DNA of 27,201 bases from positions 1 to 27,201 of the forward strand of contig JAWOBU010000063.1 in the NCBI GenBank assembly GCA_046484135.1, written 5' to 3'. This document shows positions 1-9,720 of the stretch, piece after piece. The notes below the pieces were generated by a model. It was given only the letters and a program-made list of their open reading frames with translations. It was not told the DNA's origin and did not search any database. The stretch's first letter is position 1, and every line of letters begins with the position of its first letter. This stretch comes from a bacterium (lineage in GTDB: Bacteria; RBG-13-61-14; DATKZS01). Position numbers and translations under genes: made by a program.

Positions 1-233
1 TACAGGTTTTCGGGGGAGGAGTGATGCTTAAGATTTCGGAAACATGGAATATTGATGTAAAAGGCGGTGCTTTTTTATTGTCAGGGCGCGATAGGGGGCA
101 AAAATTGATACATCTTTTTTGTTCTCGTCGTTCGGGAAGTTTTCGGTGCTGGGGTGCGGGTTATGAGACAGATGCGGCCTTTAATCCCGGCTGGTGCCGG
201 GCGGGACAAGCTTTTTTGTTGCCGGTTTTGTTT

Positions 234-1049
234 TTACTCTCGGGCCTGCATTTCCTCCATGACCAGGTTCCTGGCCTCGTCCGGGTCTGGCACCCGGTAG
301 AGCACGTAGATGGAGAGCTCGCGGGGTACGTTCTTGGCTTTTCCTCCGGCGGCGAACAGGCCGGCGCCCGCGCCCATCTTGCCTGCGCCCGCTCCCGCTC
401 CGGCAATGGCCATGTCCTGTCCCATTCCGAGTCCGGTGCTGGTAACGGGAATGACGGTTCCGAAGTTGAAGAGCTTTCCGAGCAGGTTAACCTGGAGGAT
501 GAGGTCGTCAATCTTGGAGTAGAGGGTGCTTCTCTCGGAGGTTTTGATGTTTCCGAAGTGTGCCACGATGCGCTTGTTGGTGAGGTAGTAGCGATGTCCG
601 CGTCGGAATATTTCGACACCGAACACTCCCAGTGCTCCGGCGGCAATGAGAAGGATGTTTTCCAGGTGGGCGTGTTCTCCGGGATCGAGCTCCAGTGTGG
701 GCTCTACCTTCCATCGGAGCACGATGCTTATCCCGATAAGCGCTATCAGGGTCAGCACGTACCTGAAGTTGATGCGGAACACGGCCATGACCACGAGCGG
801 GACGAGCAGGGCCAGGACCCACATTACGTTGTAGGTGTTGTTTATAATGAAGTCGCGGCCTGGGAAGTCGAACTTGAGCAGGTTTGCGACCTCGCGGGAG
901 AACCAGGGCTTGTAGATCATGAAAAAGACGCCGATCGCCATTATGAAAAGCCAGAACAGCATGAGACCGGCCATGGCGAGCGGATGGGGCCTGGTTTCGA
1001 GCAACAGCTCTTCATCTTCCATCAGGGTAAAGGGACATTCGCGGGCCAT
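234..1049 (-). CDS. Membrane protein with C-terminal bacterial PH (bPH_2-like) domain
   Basis: 271 aa. N-terminal 'LMEDEELLLETRPH', about 4 hydrophobic TM segments, then 'YYLTNKRIV...YSKIDDLILQVNLLGKLFNFGTV...VPDP', typical of bPH_2 domains; Gly/Ala-rich insert. Confidence 0.75.
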   Translation of the reverse strand: MARECPFTLMEDEELLLETRPHPLAMAGLMLFWLFIMAIGVFFMIYKPWFSREVANLLKFDFPGRDFIINNTYNVMWVLALLVPLVVMAVFRINFRYVLTLIALIGISIVLRWKVEPTLELDPGEHAHLENILLIAAGALGVFGVEIFRRGHRYYLTNKRIVAHFGNIKTSERSTLYSKIDDLILQVNLLGKLFNFGTVIPVTSTGLGMGQDMAIAGAGAGAGKMGAGAGLFAAGGKAKNVPRELSIYVLYRVPDPDEARNLVMEEMQARE

Positions 1050-1120
1050 TCTTACAACTTACTCCTTGCAACTTCTTCTCTTTACTATGAGTGTGCGCTT
1101 TTCTCGGAGTTCCGGAAGGC

Positions 1121-2197
1121 TCATGCACCCAGTGAAGACCGGGACCGGCCCCGGAAGACGAAAAAGCCTATCACCAGCCCGACCACCAGGCCGGTCAAAG
1201 CCAGGGCGAGGCAGAGTATCCAGCTTGCCCCCTCTTCCTTTTTTATGACCTCTTTTTTGATGGTGGGTTTGGAAGGGGGCGGTTCTTCGGCTTCGCGCTC
1301 AGCTTTCTCGGGCTCGGCCGCGGCCGGAATGGTTACTGGCACCGGCGGCAGGTTGAACTGTTCGCCCGTTTTCCTGCTCTTCAGGGTTATTCCCGCTTCC
1401 ACCCGGACGGGTCCTTTTACGCCGGGGGGAGCGAACACGTTCAGGGACCACTGGCCGCCGTCCCGGAGGGGCTCATAGCTCATCATGGATGAGGTTGCTT
1501 GAACCTGGGGAGGCTCTATTTGGACCACGTCCACCAGTATGCTGTAGTTGTTGCGCAAAGAGGAGGGGACCTCGCCGAGGTGGGTGGCGGCGTAGTCAAC
1601 CCGCACCTGGTAGGTGCTCTCGCCCTGCTTCAGCGCGGGCGGGCCGGTAACCGTAAAGGTGCCGAACAGTGCTTGACCGAGGTCTTCCTTGTCTTCTTGC
1701 GGGGGGGCGGCTTCTTCCGGTTCTTCAGGACAGGGCTCGCGGACCACCTTGGTGCGGGTCCGGTAGACCACCTTGCGGTCGCGGCACTTTCTCAATTGCT
1801 CTTCCAGGTCCTTGTTGTCGGAGAGGCACAGGTCGAGCTCGATACAGCAGTCTCTTGCCTCCGGCTCCGGGCAGGGAGGACATTCGGGGGAAGGCTCCGG
1901 TGCCCCTTTCTCTTGCGCGTAACCCGCGGCCAGGCGGGCCTCCCGGGCCGACGCCTGGTACTTGCATTGCGCCCGGCTGTAGCGAAAGTAGGATATCTGC
2001 CGCTCGCCTTCCCGGTAGTGCTCCCGGGCCTGCTCGTAAATCTCCGGCGACTTCTCGGGAGCGCCCGCGGCCTCGGCCTCGGAAAGAGCCTTGTCCGCCT
2101 CCTTGATGCTCTCGGTCGGCTTCAGCGCACAGCCCGAACTAAGCACGAAGACAAACACTGCCGCGGCCAGTCCATAACCGTATCCGGATTTTCGCAT
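1121..2197 (-). CDS. Lipoprotein with DUF4398-like N-terminal helical domain, Cys/Pro-rich linker, beta-rich domain and C-terminal TM helix
   Basis: Start moved to ATG 2197 (AAGGAGG RBS upstream). Signal peptide ends in LSSG-C23; 'ADKALSEAEAAGAPEKSPEIYEQARE' resembles DUF4398; C-terminal WILCLALALTGLVVGLVIGFFVF followed by RGRSR. Confidence 0.7.
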   Translation of the reverse strand: MRKSGYGYGLAAAVFVFVLSSGCALKPTESIKEADKALSEAEAAGAPEKSPEIYEQAREHYREGERQISYFRYSRAQCKYQASAREARLAAGYAQEKGAPEPSPECPPCPEPEARDCCIELDLCLSDNKDLEEQLRKCRDRKVVYRTRTKVVREPCPEEPEEAAPPQEDKEDLGQALFGTFTVTGPPALKQGESTYQVRVDYAATHLGEVPSSLRNNYSILVDVVQIEPPQVQATSSMMSYEPLRDGGQWSLNVFAPPGVKGPVRVEAGITLKSRKTGEQFNLPPVPVTIPAAAEPEKAEREAEEPPPSKPTIKKEVIKKEEGASWILCLALALTGLVVGLVIGFFVFRGRSRSSLGA

Positions 2198-2428
2198 CGT
2201 CCGCCTCCTTCTTGCATCGCATCTGCTTACTGCTTTTTTCCGATACTGCGTTATGCTTCTATGTTTAACATAACTCCCCACTTGATTGCAAGCAAAAAAT
2301 AAATTTTTTTATCCCGGCAGGAAAAGGATATAACCGGAAAATGTCTTAAGCGCAAGATGTGGTTAATGAAAAGACAAGCAACAATAACTTCAACCAAGCG
2401 AAGTTCAGGCTTTTTAACGGCAATATAG

Positions 2429-4063
2429 TCACTCTTCCGTTTTCACGGACAGGCATGCCACGGAGTGGGGAGGCAGGTTGAAGGAGAAGGGAGAAGGATG
2501 TTTCAGGCTTGCGAGTTCAACCTTTTTATTCTCAATCTTCACGTTCTCCGGGTTCGGGACGGAATTTTTTGCGACCGGCTCGCGATGTCGGATAAGTCGG
2601 AGTTCGCCCGCGGACTTGAGCTTGAGCCCTTCGGGTACGAGCTTTACTCCTGCGGGTTCGCTGTAATGCCGGTTGACCAGGAAAAGCGACAGGGTGTCGC
2701 CGCTCCTGGTGGCGGAGACATCGAGCGCGGGCAGTTGTGAGTGGTGGGGCAGGACAGGTGAGTCTGCCCGGGCATGCAGCAGCTCTTCTCCGGCGTTTTC
2801 GGTATAGAGCCGGTAGACGAGCGCTGAGGGGGTAAGGAAGGTTCCGTGTTTATCGGAGACTATGACACCTAGGCAGTTCACCATCTGGGTGATGTTGGCC
2901 ACCGGCACCACCGGGGCGTTCCGGTGCAGGAAGTTCAGCATGGACGCGGTCCATACCCCGTCCCGCAGAGTGTAGTTGGCCTGGACCAGGTCCTCCAGGT
3001 AGTCGAACCACAGGTTCCACTCGTCAAGAGCGAGCGGCACGGTCCTGCCCGGCGAGTAGGTTCTGGTCTCCCTTATGCACTTGTTAACGAACTCCTCCAT
3101 GTGCCGGAGGGTCCCCATCACGTCGTAGTACACGCTTTCGCGCCCGGTCTGGTGCAGGTTTCCGGCGCTGTAGCGGAGCGAGTTTGCAAAGGACATCCTG
3201 GGGACGTACTGGTGGATGCTGAGAAGATCGGCATCCTCTCCCGTTCCTTCGAGCACGGTCCGGTTTATGTCCGGGTCTCCGGTGCCGAGCGGGAAATGGT
3301 CGCCCACCGGGATGAGCTTTACGCCGGGGTCCGCCCTGCGCATGGCCCGGGCGAACTCGCGGAAGGTCTTCACGTACTCGGCCGGGCTCCGGTGTCCGAT
3401 CTCGTGGACGCCGAAGATTTCATTACCCACAAACCAGTACTTGACCCCGTAGGGCGCGGGGTGTCCGTTCTTTGCCCGTTCCGCGCCCCACCCGGTGCTC
3501 GCGCTGCCGTTTACGTACTCGACCCATTCCGCGGCTTCCTGCGGCGTGCCCGATCCCACGTTCACCGTGATCATGGGTTCTGCGCCTGTCGCCTCGCAGA
3601 GCTCGAGGAACTCGTCCGTGCCAAAGTGGTTGTCTTCGAGAGGTCCGATCCGAGGCCCCAGCTTGGCCCAGGCGCGGTTTATGCGCACCGGCCGCTCCGA
3701 GCGCGGCCCGATCCCGTCCTTCCAGTGATAGCCGTCGGCAAAGCAGCCGCCCGGGTAGCGGATGAGAGCCGGGTTGATGGACCGTATGGCGGAAAGTAGC
3801 TCACGCCGGACCCCTCCCATGAACATGTCCGGCTCTTCACCTTCCGCCCAGATGCCGCCCTTTATGGCTTTGCCCACGTGCTCGATAAAACAGCCGTACT
3901 GGGTGCGGGGGAGCGGATGCGCGGCTTCTTTGCCGATCCGCACTGATACAGGCACGGTCTTCCTCGCAGGCAGTGCCTTTGGCGCAGCCATGATAAGAGG
4001 CGACGCTCCCGCGCCGGAGAGCGCCATGAACCTGCGCCTGGAGATCGTGTTTTTTCCGGACAT
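2429..4063 (-). CDS. abfA: GH51 alpha-L-arabinofuranosidase with putative Tat signal
   Basis: Motifs FIEH, RYPGGCFADGYHWKDGIGP, NHFGTDEF, GNE (acid/base), DEWN (nucleophile), AN.TQMVN and terminal LPPHS; N-terminal SRRRFM; AAAGGAGG RBS. Confidence 0.9.
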   Translation of the reverse strand: MSGKNTISRRRFMALSGAGASPLIMAAPKALPARKTVPVSVRIGKEAAHPLPRTQYGCFIEHVGKAIKGGIWAEGEEPDMFMGGVRRELLSAIRSINPALIRYPGGCFADGYHWKDGIGPRSERPVRINRAWAKLGPRIGPLEDNHFGTDEFLELCEATGAEPMITVNVGSGTPQEAAEWVEYVNGSASTGWGAERAKNGHPAPYGVKYWFVGNEIFGVHEIGHRSPAEYVKTFREFARAMRRADPGVKLIPVGDHFPLGTGDPDINRTVLEGTGEDADLLSIHQYVPRMSFANSLRYSAGNLHQTGRESVYYDVMGTLRHMEEFVNKCIRETRTYSPGRTVPLALDEWNLWFDYLEDLVQANYTLRDGVWTASMLNFLHRNAPVVPVANITQMVNCLGVIVSDKHGTFLTPSALVYRLYTENAGEELLHARADSPVLPHHSQLPALDVSATRSGDTLSLFLVNRHYSEPAGVKLVPEGLKLKSAGELRLIRHREPVAKNSVPNPENVKIENKKVELASLKHPSPFSFNLPPHSVACLSVKTEE

Positions 4064-4127
4064 GGCTTGCCTCCTTTGGAGCTCACATGGGAAGATATGA
4101 AAGTATCTGCCATTATTTTAACAGGGG

Positions 4128-5855
4128 CTATCCGCCGCTCTTTCGAAGCTCGGCTTTGACCTTGTCCATGAGCGGCCCGAGCGTCTTCTCGCTCATGTCG
4201 AAGTTTATGCCCGCGGCCCGGAAAAGCTCGGGCAGCTTCTTCGAGCCTCCCAGGGACAGGGCGTGCCGATAGTCCCGCAACGCGTCTTCCTTGTTCTTGC
4301 CCGAACGCTCCCATACCTGGAGCGCCCCTAACTGGGCGATGCCGTACTCGATGTAGTAAAAGGGTATCTGGAAGATGTGTAGTTGCCGGTGCCATTCAAA
4401 GGAGCGGGCGTCTTCAAGGCCGCTCCAGTCCTCGATCCCGCCGAAACGCTCGCGCAGGTCCACCCAGGCTTGCGCCCGCTCTTCCCGGCTATGTCCGGGA
4501 TGAGTATAAATCCAGTGCTGAAAGGCGTCCACTGTTGCGATCCACGCGAACAAAAAAGCCACGCTTTCCAGGTGCTCGCGGCGCGAGCGGGACTTGTCCG
4601 CTTCCGAGTAGAAGACCTCGAGGTGGTCCGCTCCCAGAAACTCCATGCTCATGGATGCGACCTCCCCGAACTCGATGGGAGCATGCCGGTAGAAAACCAA
4701 CGGTTCGTGCCGGGCCTCGACGGTGTGAAAGGAATGGCCGGCCTCGTGTAAAAGGGTGTAAACATCGTGGTCCACTCCCACTGCATTGGCGAAGATGAAC
4801 GGGAGGCGCATCTCTTCCAGCCCGTGGCTGTAGGCCCCCGGCGCTTTTCCTTTCCTGCTTTCCAGGTCCAAGAGATCATGGTCTGCCATGAACTTGAACC
4901 AGGCGCCGAGCGCCGGGTCCAGCCGCTCAAAAATTTTGCCGCAGCCTGCGACCAGGTCCTTGACTTCTTCAAAGGGCTTCAAGGGCGGTCTTCCCTGCGG
5001 GTTGGCCCGCAGGTCCCAGGGACGGAGCTTGTCGAGGCCCATCTCTTTTTTTCTCTTCTCTTGCAGATCGCGGTAGAGTGGGACGACCTCTTTTTCCACC
5101 GCGGCGTGGAACTTTTCGCAGTCTTCGACCCCGTAATCGAACCGGCCGCGCAAGGGAAAGGCGTAATCGCGATAGTTGTCAAACCCGGCGTTCGCCGCGA
5201 TCTTCCCCCGCAGCTCGAGCATTTGGTCAAAGATGCGGTCCAGCTCTTCACGTTCTTGGAGCCTCCGGTCGGTCACCTTCTCCCACGCCTCCTGCCGGAT
5301 ATCCCGTTCCTGGTACTCGAGGTATCTGCTCATCTCTTGGAGCGTCTTCTCTTCACCCTCGTGCGAGACGGTCATGGATCCAACCAGTTTCTGGTACTGC
5401 TGGGAAAGCTTCTCCTCTTCGGTCTGAAGCGGAATGTTCTCTTCCCGGAATATCTCGACATGATTTTTCATGTCCCGCATCAGAACAGAGTACCTCTCCT
5501 CCGGAAGCTCGGCCCTGCCGCCCGAGTCAAGCAGCATCTTCGAAAGCGCGAACGACTTGTTCTTGATATGGGGCGAGATGTTTTCCACGAAATGAAGAAA
5601 AGCCTTCTCCCGGTCCGGGTCGTCCGTCCGGCAGGTCATCCTTATATAACGGACCGCCTCCTCTTCCGAAAGCGCGGCGGAAAGCTCGCTCCAGTCCCGG
5701 AGCCAGTCTTCAAGCTGTTCGCGGGTCGCAAGCTCCCTTTTCTCCAGCTCCCGGTATAGCCCTTCCACTGCCGACTTCGAGCCCAGGTCGGCGTCCGCGG
5801 GCACAAACCGCCTCGGGAACTCGCGCTGCAAATCCATGCCGATTCCCTTGTCCAT
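4128..5855 (-). CDS. pepF: M3B family oligoendopeptidase (PepF-like)
   Basis: HEAGH zinc motif, downstream GEVASMSME, RKGKAPG and HIFQIPFYYIEY. Start taken at ATG 5855 behind AAAGGAG. Confidence 0.9.
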   Translation of the reverse strand: MDKGIGMDLQREFPRRFVPADADLGSKSAVEGLYRELEKRELATREQLEDWLRDWSELSAALSEEEAVRYIRMTCRTDDPDREKAFLHFVENISPHIKNKSFALSKMLLDSGGRAELPEERYSVLMRDMKNHVEIFREENIPLQTEEEKLSQQYQKLVGSMTVSHEGEEKTLQEMSRYLEYQERDIRQEAWEKVTDRRLQEREELDRIFDQMLELRGKIAANAGFDNYRDYAFPLRGRFDYGVEDCEKFHAAVEKEVVPLYRDLQEKRKKEMGLDKLRPWDLRANPQGRPPLKPFEEVKDLVAGCGKIFERLDPALGAWFKFMADHDLLDLESRKGKAPGAYSHGLEEMRLPFIFANAVGVDHDVYTLLHEAGHSFHTVEARHEPLVFYRHAPIEFGEVASMSMEFLGADHLEVFYSEADKSRSRREHLESVAFLFAWIATVDAFQHWIYTHPGHSREERAQAWVDLRERFGGIEDWSGLEDARSFEWHRQLHIFQIPFYYIEYGIAQLGALQVWERSGKNKEDALRDYRHALSLGGSKKLPELFRAAGINFDMSEKTLGPLMDKVKAELRKSGG

Positions 5856-5926
5856 TATAACTCCTTTCCATGCTCCGACTTCTTCTGCGCGGACCGGATC
5901 ATCGGACCGCATTTTACCGCTTTATC

Positions 5927-7414
5927 TCATGCCACTGCCAGCACCCTTTGCGCCGCCACAAGACCGCTTTGCAAAGCAGTGGGCACTCCCCCGGCAAACA
6001 GGCTGGAGAGCGCCTGGTAACCCGCCATGTAAAGGCCTTTAACCGGCGTGTCCACGAGCTCGCGCGCTTCATGCTCTTGGTTGTCTTCATAGTCCCACGA
6101 CCAGCCGGCCACCGCTCCCTCGGTCCGGCCGCCCCGGTCGCGGAAGGTGAGCGGCGTGGCCACGTCCATGACCTCCACTGCGCCGGTAAGGCCGGGAAGA
6201 AGCGATGAGGCATCCTCCACCAGTGCCTGTCCCAGCTTCATCTTGTAATCGTAATACCCTCTCGTCCTTTGCAGGGGTCCGGTCCGGAACCGCGAAAAGT
6301 GGTGGTAATCCGCTTCCACACGGATCACGATGACCTCCTTGCCCGCGGGCGCGAGTGCCGGGTCGTCCGCGCTCCACAAGGAAATCTCCAGCTCCTGCCC
6401 CGCCAGCTCGTCCGGTTTTATCTCGGGACCGGTCCAGTCCGGGCCGGAAGAAGGCGCGGGGTGCCTTTGATAGATGATCCTGGTGCCGTGCTCGAAAGCG
6501 GAGAGATCGGTCCTGTCCGCGTCAACGCCGAGGCAGACCTGCAAGGTGGACTCGGTCTGCCTGGCATCGGAGACGTTCTGCCGAAACTCCGCGGGCAATG
6601 ATTTCGGTTCTACAAGTTCGAGAAAGGTCCTCTTGAAGTCGGCGTTGGACACCACTGCCGAGCTTTCTATGGTTTCTCCCGATACGAGCTTAACACCCCG
6701 GACGCAATCGTTTTCGACCAGTATCTCTTGCACGGGTTCGCCAAGACGTACCTCGCTGTTCTCGTGTCGGGAGATGCTGCTGGAGAGCTTCCGGGCCAGG
6801 CCATGCATGCCTCCCGAGGGATACCAGATGCCCTGAGAGCACAAAAGCTGCCACATCACGGAAATAAGAAAGAGGCTCGAGTAAGGCTCCCGCGCGCCTA
6901 TGCTGCCCAGCACCCGGCGCAGCCGGTAGTCGGAAACCAGGGAACCTATAAACTCCCGCGCCGGGGTGCGAGAGGCCTTTGCCGGCGCAGAGCGATCAAG
7001 AGCCTTGCCGTTCGAGCCGGTGCCGGGTTTAAGATTTATGACCTGGTCGAAAAATCTCTCCACGCCTTTTGCGTCTGCTGGAAAGCTTTTAGCGAGCTCC
7101 TTTTTCATATCCTGCAAAGGAAGCGACACAGGGAGGTCCAGGTCAAAGGCCCGCAGGCGGTAATGGACCCGGGTAAGCTGGACCGGTTCCAGGCCGAGCT
7201 TAGACAGGCACTCTCGAACCAGGTCGGGACTGCTTATGCCCAACGGACCCATGGGAAAGGTGAACCCTTCCCGGAAGTAAACAAAAGCGGTGCCGCCTAC
7301 GTGGCCATTAGTATCAGTCACCAGCACTCTCAAGCCGGCGTCCGAAAGCCGGGCAGCCGCGGCAAGCCCGCCCATGCCCGCGCCGATCACCACTGCATCA
7401 CGTTTTTCACTCAT
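5927..7414 (-). CDS. FAD-dependent oxidoreductase, phytoene desaturase (CrtI)/retinol saturase-like superfamily
   Basis: N-terminal GAGMGGL dinucleotide-binding motif, GG...EGFTF, YPSGGM, VVSNAD, ATPLT, TPVKGLYMAG. Substrate unknown; start could alternatively be TTG 7423. Confidence 0.85.
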   Translation of the reverse strand: MSEKRDAVVIGAGMGGLAAAARLSDAGLRVLVTDTNGHVGGTAFVYFREGFTFPMGPLGISSPDLVRECLSKLGLEPVQLTRVHYRLRAFDLDLPVSLPLQDMKKELAKSFPADAKGVERFFDQVINLKPGTGSNGKALDRSAPAKASRTPAREFIGSLVSDYRLRRVLGSIGAREPYSSLFLISVMWQLLCSQGIWYPSGGMHGLARKLSSSISRHENSEVRLGEPVQEILVENDCVRGVKLVSGETIESSAVVSNADFKRTFLELVEPKSLPAEFRQNVSDARQTESTLQVCLGVDADRTDLSAFEHGTRIIYQRHPAPSSGPDWTGPEIKPDELAGQELEISLWSADDPALAPAGKEVIVIRVEADYHHFSRFRTGPLQRTRGYYDYKMKLGQALVEDASSLLPGLTGAVEVMDVATPLTFRDRGGRTEGAVAGWSWDYEDNQEHEARELVDTPVKGLYMAGYQALSSLFAGGVPTALQSGLVAAQRVLAVA

Positions 7415-7587
7415 TCCTTCCAAGATACCATATCCGGCCCGCTCTTAAAGAGGGGCGGTGTTTGAAGGAAATGAAATTGCAAACTTTGGTGTTTGGGCGG
7501 CGCGTAGTCCGCCCGTGCCGGAGGGCTCAGGCAAGGAGTTCTCTCCCGCCTTTTGTTTCCGGTTTTTTGCAACAGTTTACAAAGGCT

Positions 7588-9720
7588 TTATTTTTTGTCG
7601 GGCTTTTCTCGGCCGGCGGCCTCGGGCAGCGGCGGAGGGTCATCGTTCATGGGGGCCCAGGGAGCGTACTTAAGTCGGTCCCAGTGGTCATAGGCCCGGA
7701 TGTAAAGAGCGACCGTGTTTTCGCCCACGTAGGCCATGGGTTCGCCCACCACCGGCATGCTCTTTATAATGTCGGCCAGCTCGCCGAAGAAAGATATCTT
7801 GATCTTCAAGTTGCAATGCTTGGAATGGAAGTCTATCCAGCCCATGACCTCGGCCAGCATCCCCGGCGCCGTCACCACCAGGTCCTCGGTATAACCCACG
7901 CCGTTTTTGATCTCAACGTTCGCGGTCATCCGGTCGTACTGCAGTCCCCGCAGGGGTTCGGGGACCTCGGCGCCCAGGTAGCGGAATATGGCGCCCACCG
8001 GATTGTACCCCTCGAAGTAACCGTCGGTGGCGGTGATCGCCAGCCTGCCGTCAAGCCTCCTTGTTACGAACTCGCCGGAGACAAAGGCGCCCGTAATATA
8101 GCCGTCCCCTCTCATGTCGCCGTGCAGGAAGATAGTGGCATCAAACACCTGGTCCACGAAGGTAGTAATGTCCATGTCCCGGATGCGGCCGTCAAAGCGA
8201 AACTTGTAGGTGGTAAGATGATTGAAGTCAACGTAAGACCGGCCCGACTCCACGTAAGTGCCGCCGCAGGACTTAAACCGCAGCTCGGGAAAAGTAAGCA
8301 CCCGGCTCTTGGGAACCTCCCATTGTCCCCGCACGTCCCGGATGCGCATCTTTTTATAAACCCCTTCGCCGAGACGCACCCGTCCTTCCCACTCCGTGCG
8401 CATGGGAAGAAGCTTGTCGCCGTAACGCTTCCGGAGCTTCCTGCCCACAAAGAACTCGGCAAGATCAACGTAGTCGCTTTCCAGGTTGATGATGAACTTG
8501 GGGTACTCGCGTTCCAGGATGCGGGCTTTGCCGCGGACTTTGTTGCCGCCCACCTTTACGTTCATCCAGGGGGTGGTGAGGACCCCGTCATTCAGCCGGG
8601 CGGTGGTGTTGATGCCGGTGATCCCGGATACGACGCGGCCGGGGTCCCAGTCCATGTCCATTATCTCGGCCTTGCCGCGGTAGTGGATTTTGGAGACTTT
8701 GTCGGGGGCCGGCCCCCAGACCCGGGCCTGCACGTTGAGCCTGCCGCTGCCGCTGGTAAAAGGAAGGGTCTTGGAGTGGGCCACCGGCGGCCAGGTAACG
8801 ACGCGGTAAAAACTGGAGTAATCGGTGGTGGCGTTTATCTTTGCTTCAAAGGAAGGCTCGGGCTTGAGACTGGCCCGGCCGGTCAGGCTGTTTACGCTTA
8901 TTCCCTGCCAGCCGCCGCTTAAGGACACGACCCGCACGGAAGGCCGCTCCAGGTCTTCGCCGACCTCGAGGGTGCCTTGAAAGCGCATCTTTGCGTCCGG
9001 CTTTAAGCCCTCTCCCTGCGGAAACGGAAAGGAAAGCTCGAAATGAACGGGCTCTTTTATGGATTTGCCGGAAAAAGTGAAGTCCACGTCGCCAAGGTCC
9101 ACCGGCGCGAGCAGGGCTTTCTTTCCGCGCGCCCGGTCATAGGCCCGGACGCGGCCGTCTTTTATCTCGAAGCTGGAAAGCGCGAAAAGCGAAGCCCACT
9201 CGTTCTTGTCCGCGGGCAACGCCTTTTTAATGGCGTCTTTTATCATCCATTTGACGAAGGAGTCTTCCGGGGGCGCAGGGGGACGGTTTTTCAAAGGCAT
9301 GTCTTTGGCCCACCTGGCGGCGTTGATCTTTCCGTCCGGCTCTCTGACTATGACAATTTCGGGTTTTATGAGCGTTATCTTTTTCCATTCCACGCGCTGA
9401 TGCACAAGCAGTTCCCAGCCATTGGCCGCGACTTTTACGGACTCCGCCCGGAAAAACTCGGCAGGTTCTCCTTTGCGGCCGGGGAGCTTGAGTTCGATGT
9501 TTTTTATGCGGATGCCGGGCGACGGGAAGGCGATGGGGGCGATCCAGCCGGTCTCCAGTATGGCGTTGGTGTTCCGGGACACCCATTGGCGAAGCATCTG
9601 GTTGCCGGTCTTTTCCGGGATCAACAGTGGCACGAACTGCACCGCGTAAAGTCCTCCCGCCACCACCAGTCCGGCCACCAGAAAGGCCACGAGAACGAAG
9701 CAGCCGCGTCTTTTATCCAT
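7588..9720 (-). CDS. AsmA-family protein (TM-anchored periplasmic beta-groove protein)
   Basis: 710 aa. One N-terminal TM, 'ITLIKPEIVIVREPDGKIN' AsmA-type motif, beta-rich body, C-terminal 'YDRMTANVEIKNGVGYTEDLVV...GWIDF...MPVVG' AsmA-like terminus. Confidence 0.8.
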   Translation of the reverse strand: MDKRRGCFVLVAFLVAGLVVAGGLYAVQFVPLLIPEKTGNQMLRQWVSRNTNAILETGWIAPIAFPSPGIRIKNIELKLPGRKGEPAEFFRAESVKVAANGWELLVHQRVEWKKITLIKPEIVIVREPDGKINAARWAKDMPLKNRPPAPPEDSFVKWMIKDAIKKALPADKNEWASLFALSSFEIKDGRVRAYDRARGKKALLAPVDLGDVDFTFSGKSIKEPVHFELSFPFPQGEGLKPDAKMRFQGTLEVGEDLERPSVRVVSLSGGWQGISVNSLTGRASLKPEPSFEAKINATTDYSSFYRVVTWPPVAHSKTLPFTSGSGRLNVQARVWGPAPDKVSKIHYRGKAEIMDMDWDPGRVVSGITGINTTARLNDGVLTTPWMNVKVGGNKVRGKARILEREYPKFIINLESDYVDLAEFFVGRKLRKRYGDKLLPMRTEWEGRVRLGEGVYKKMRIRDVRGQWEVPKSRVLTFPELRFKSCGGTYVESGRSYVDFNHLTTYKFRFDGRIRDMDITTFVDQVFDATIFLHGDMRGDGYITGAFVSGEFVTRRLDGRLAITATDGYFEGYNPVGAIFRYLGAEVPEPLRGLQYDRMTANVEIKNGVGYTEDLVVTAPGMLAEVMGWIDFHSKHCNLKIKISFFGELADIIKSMPVVGEPMAYVGENTVALYIRAYDHWDRLKYAPWAPMNDDPPPLPEAAGREKPDKK

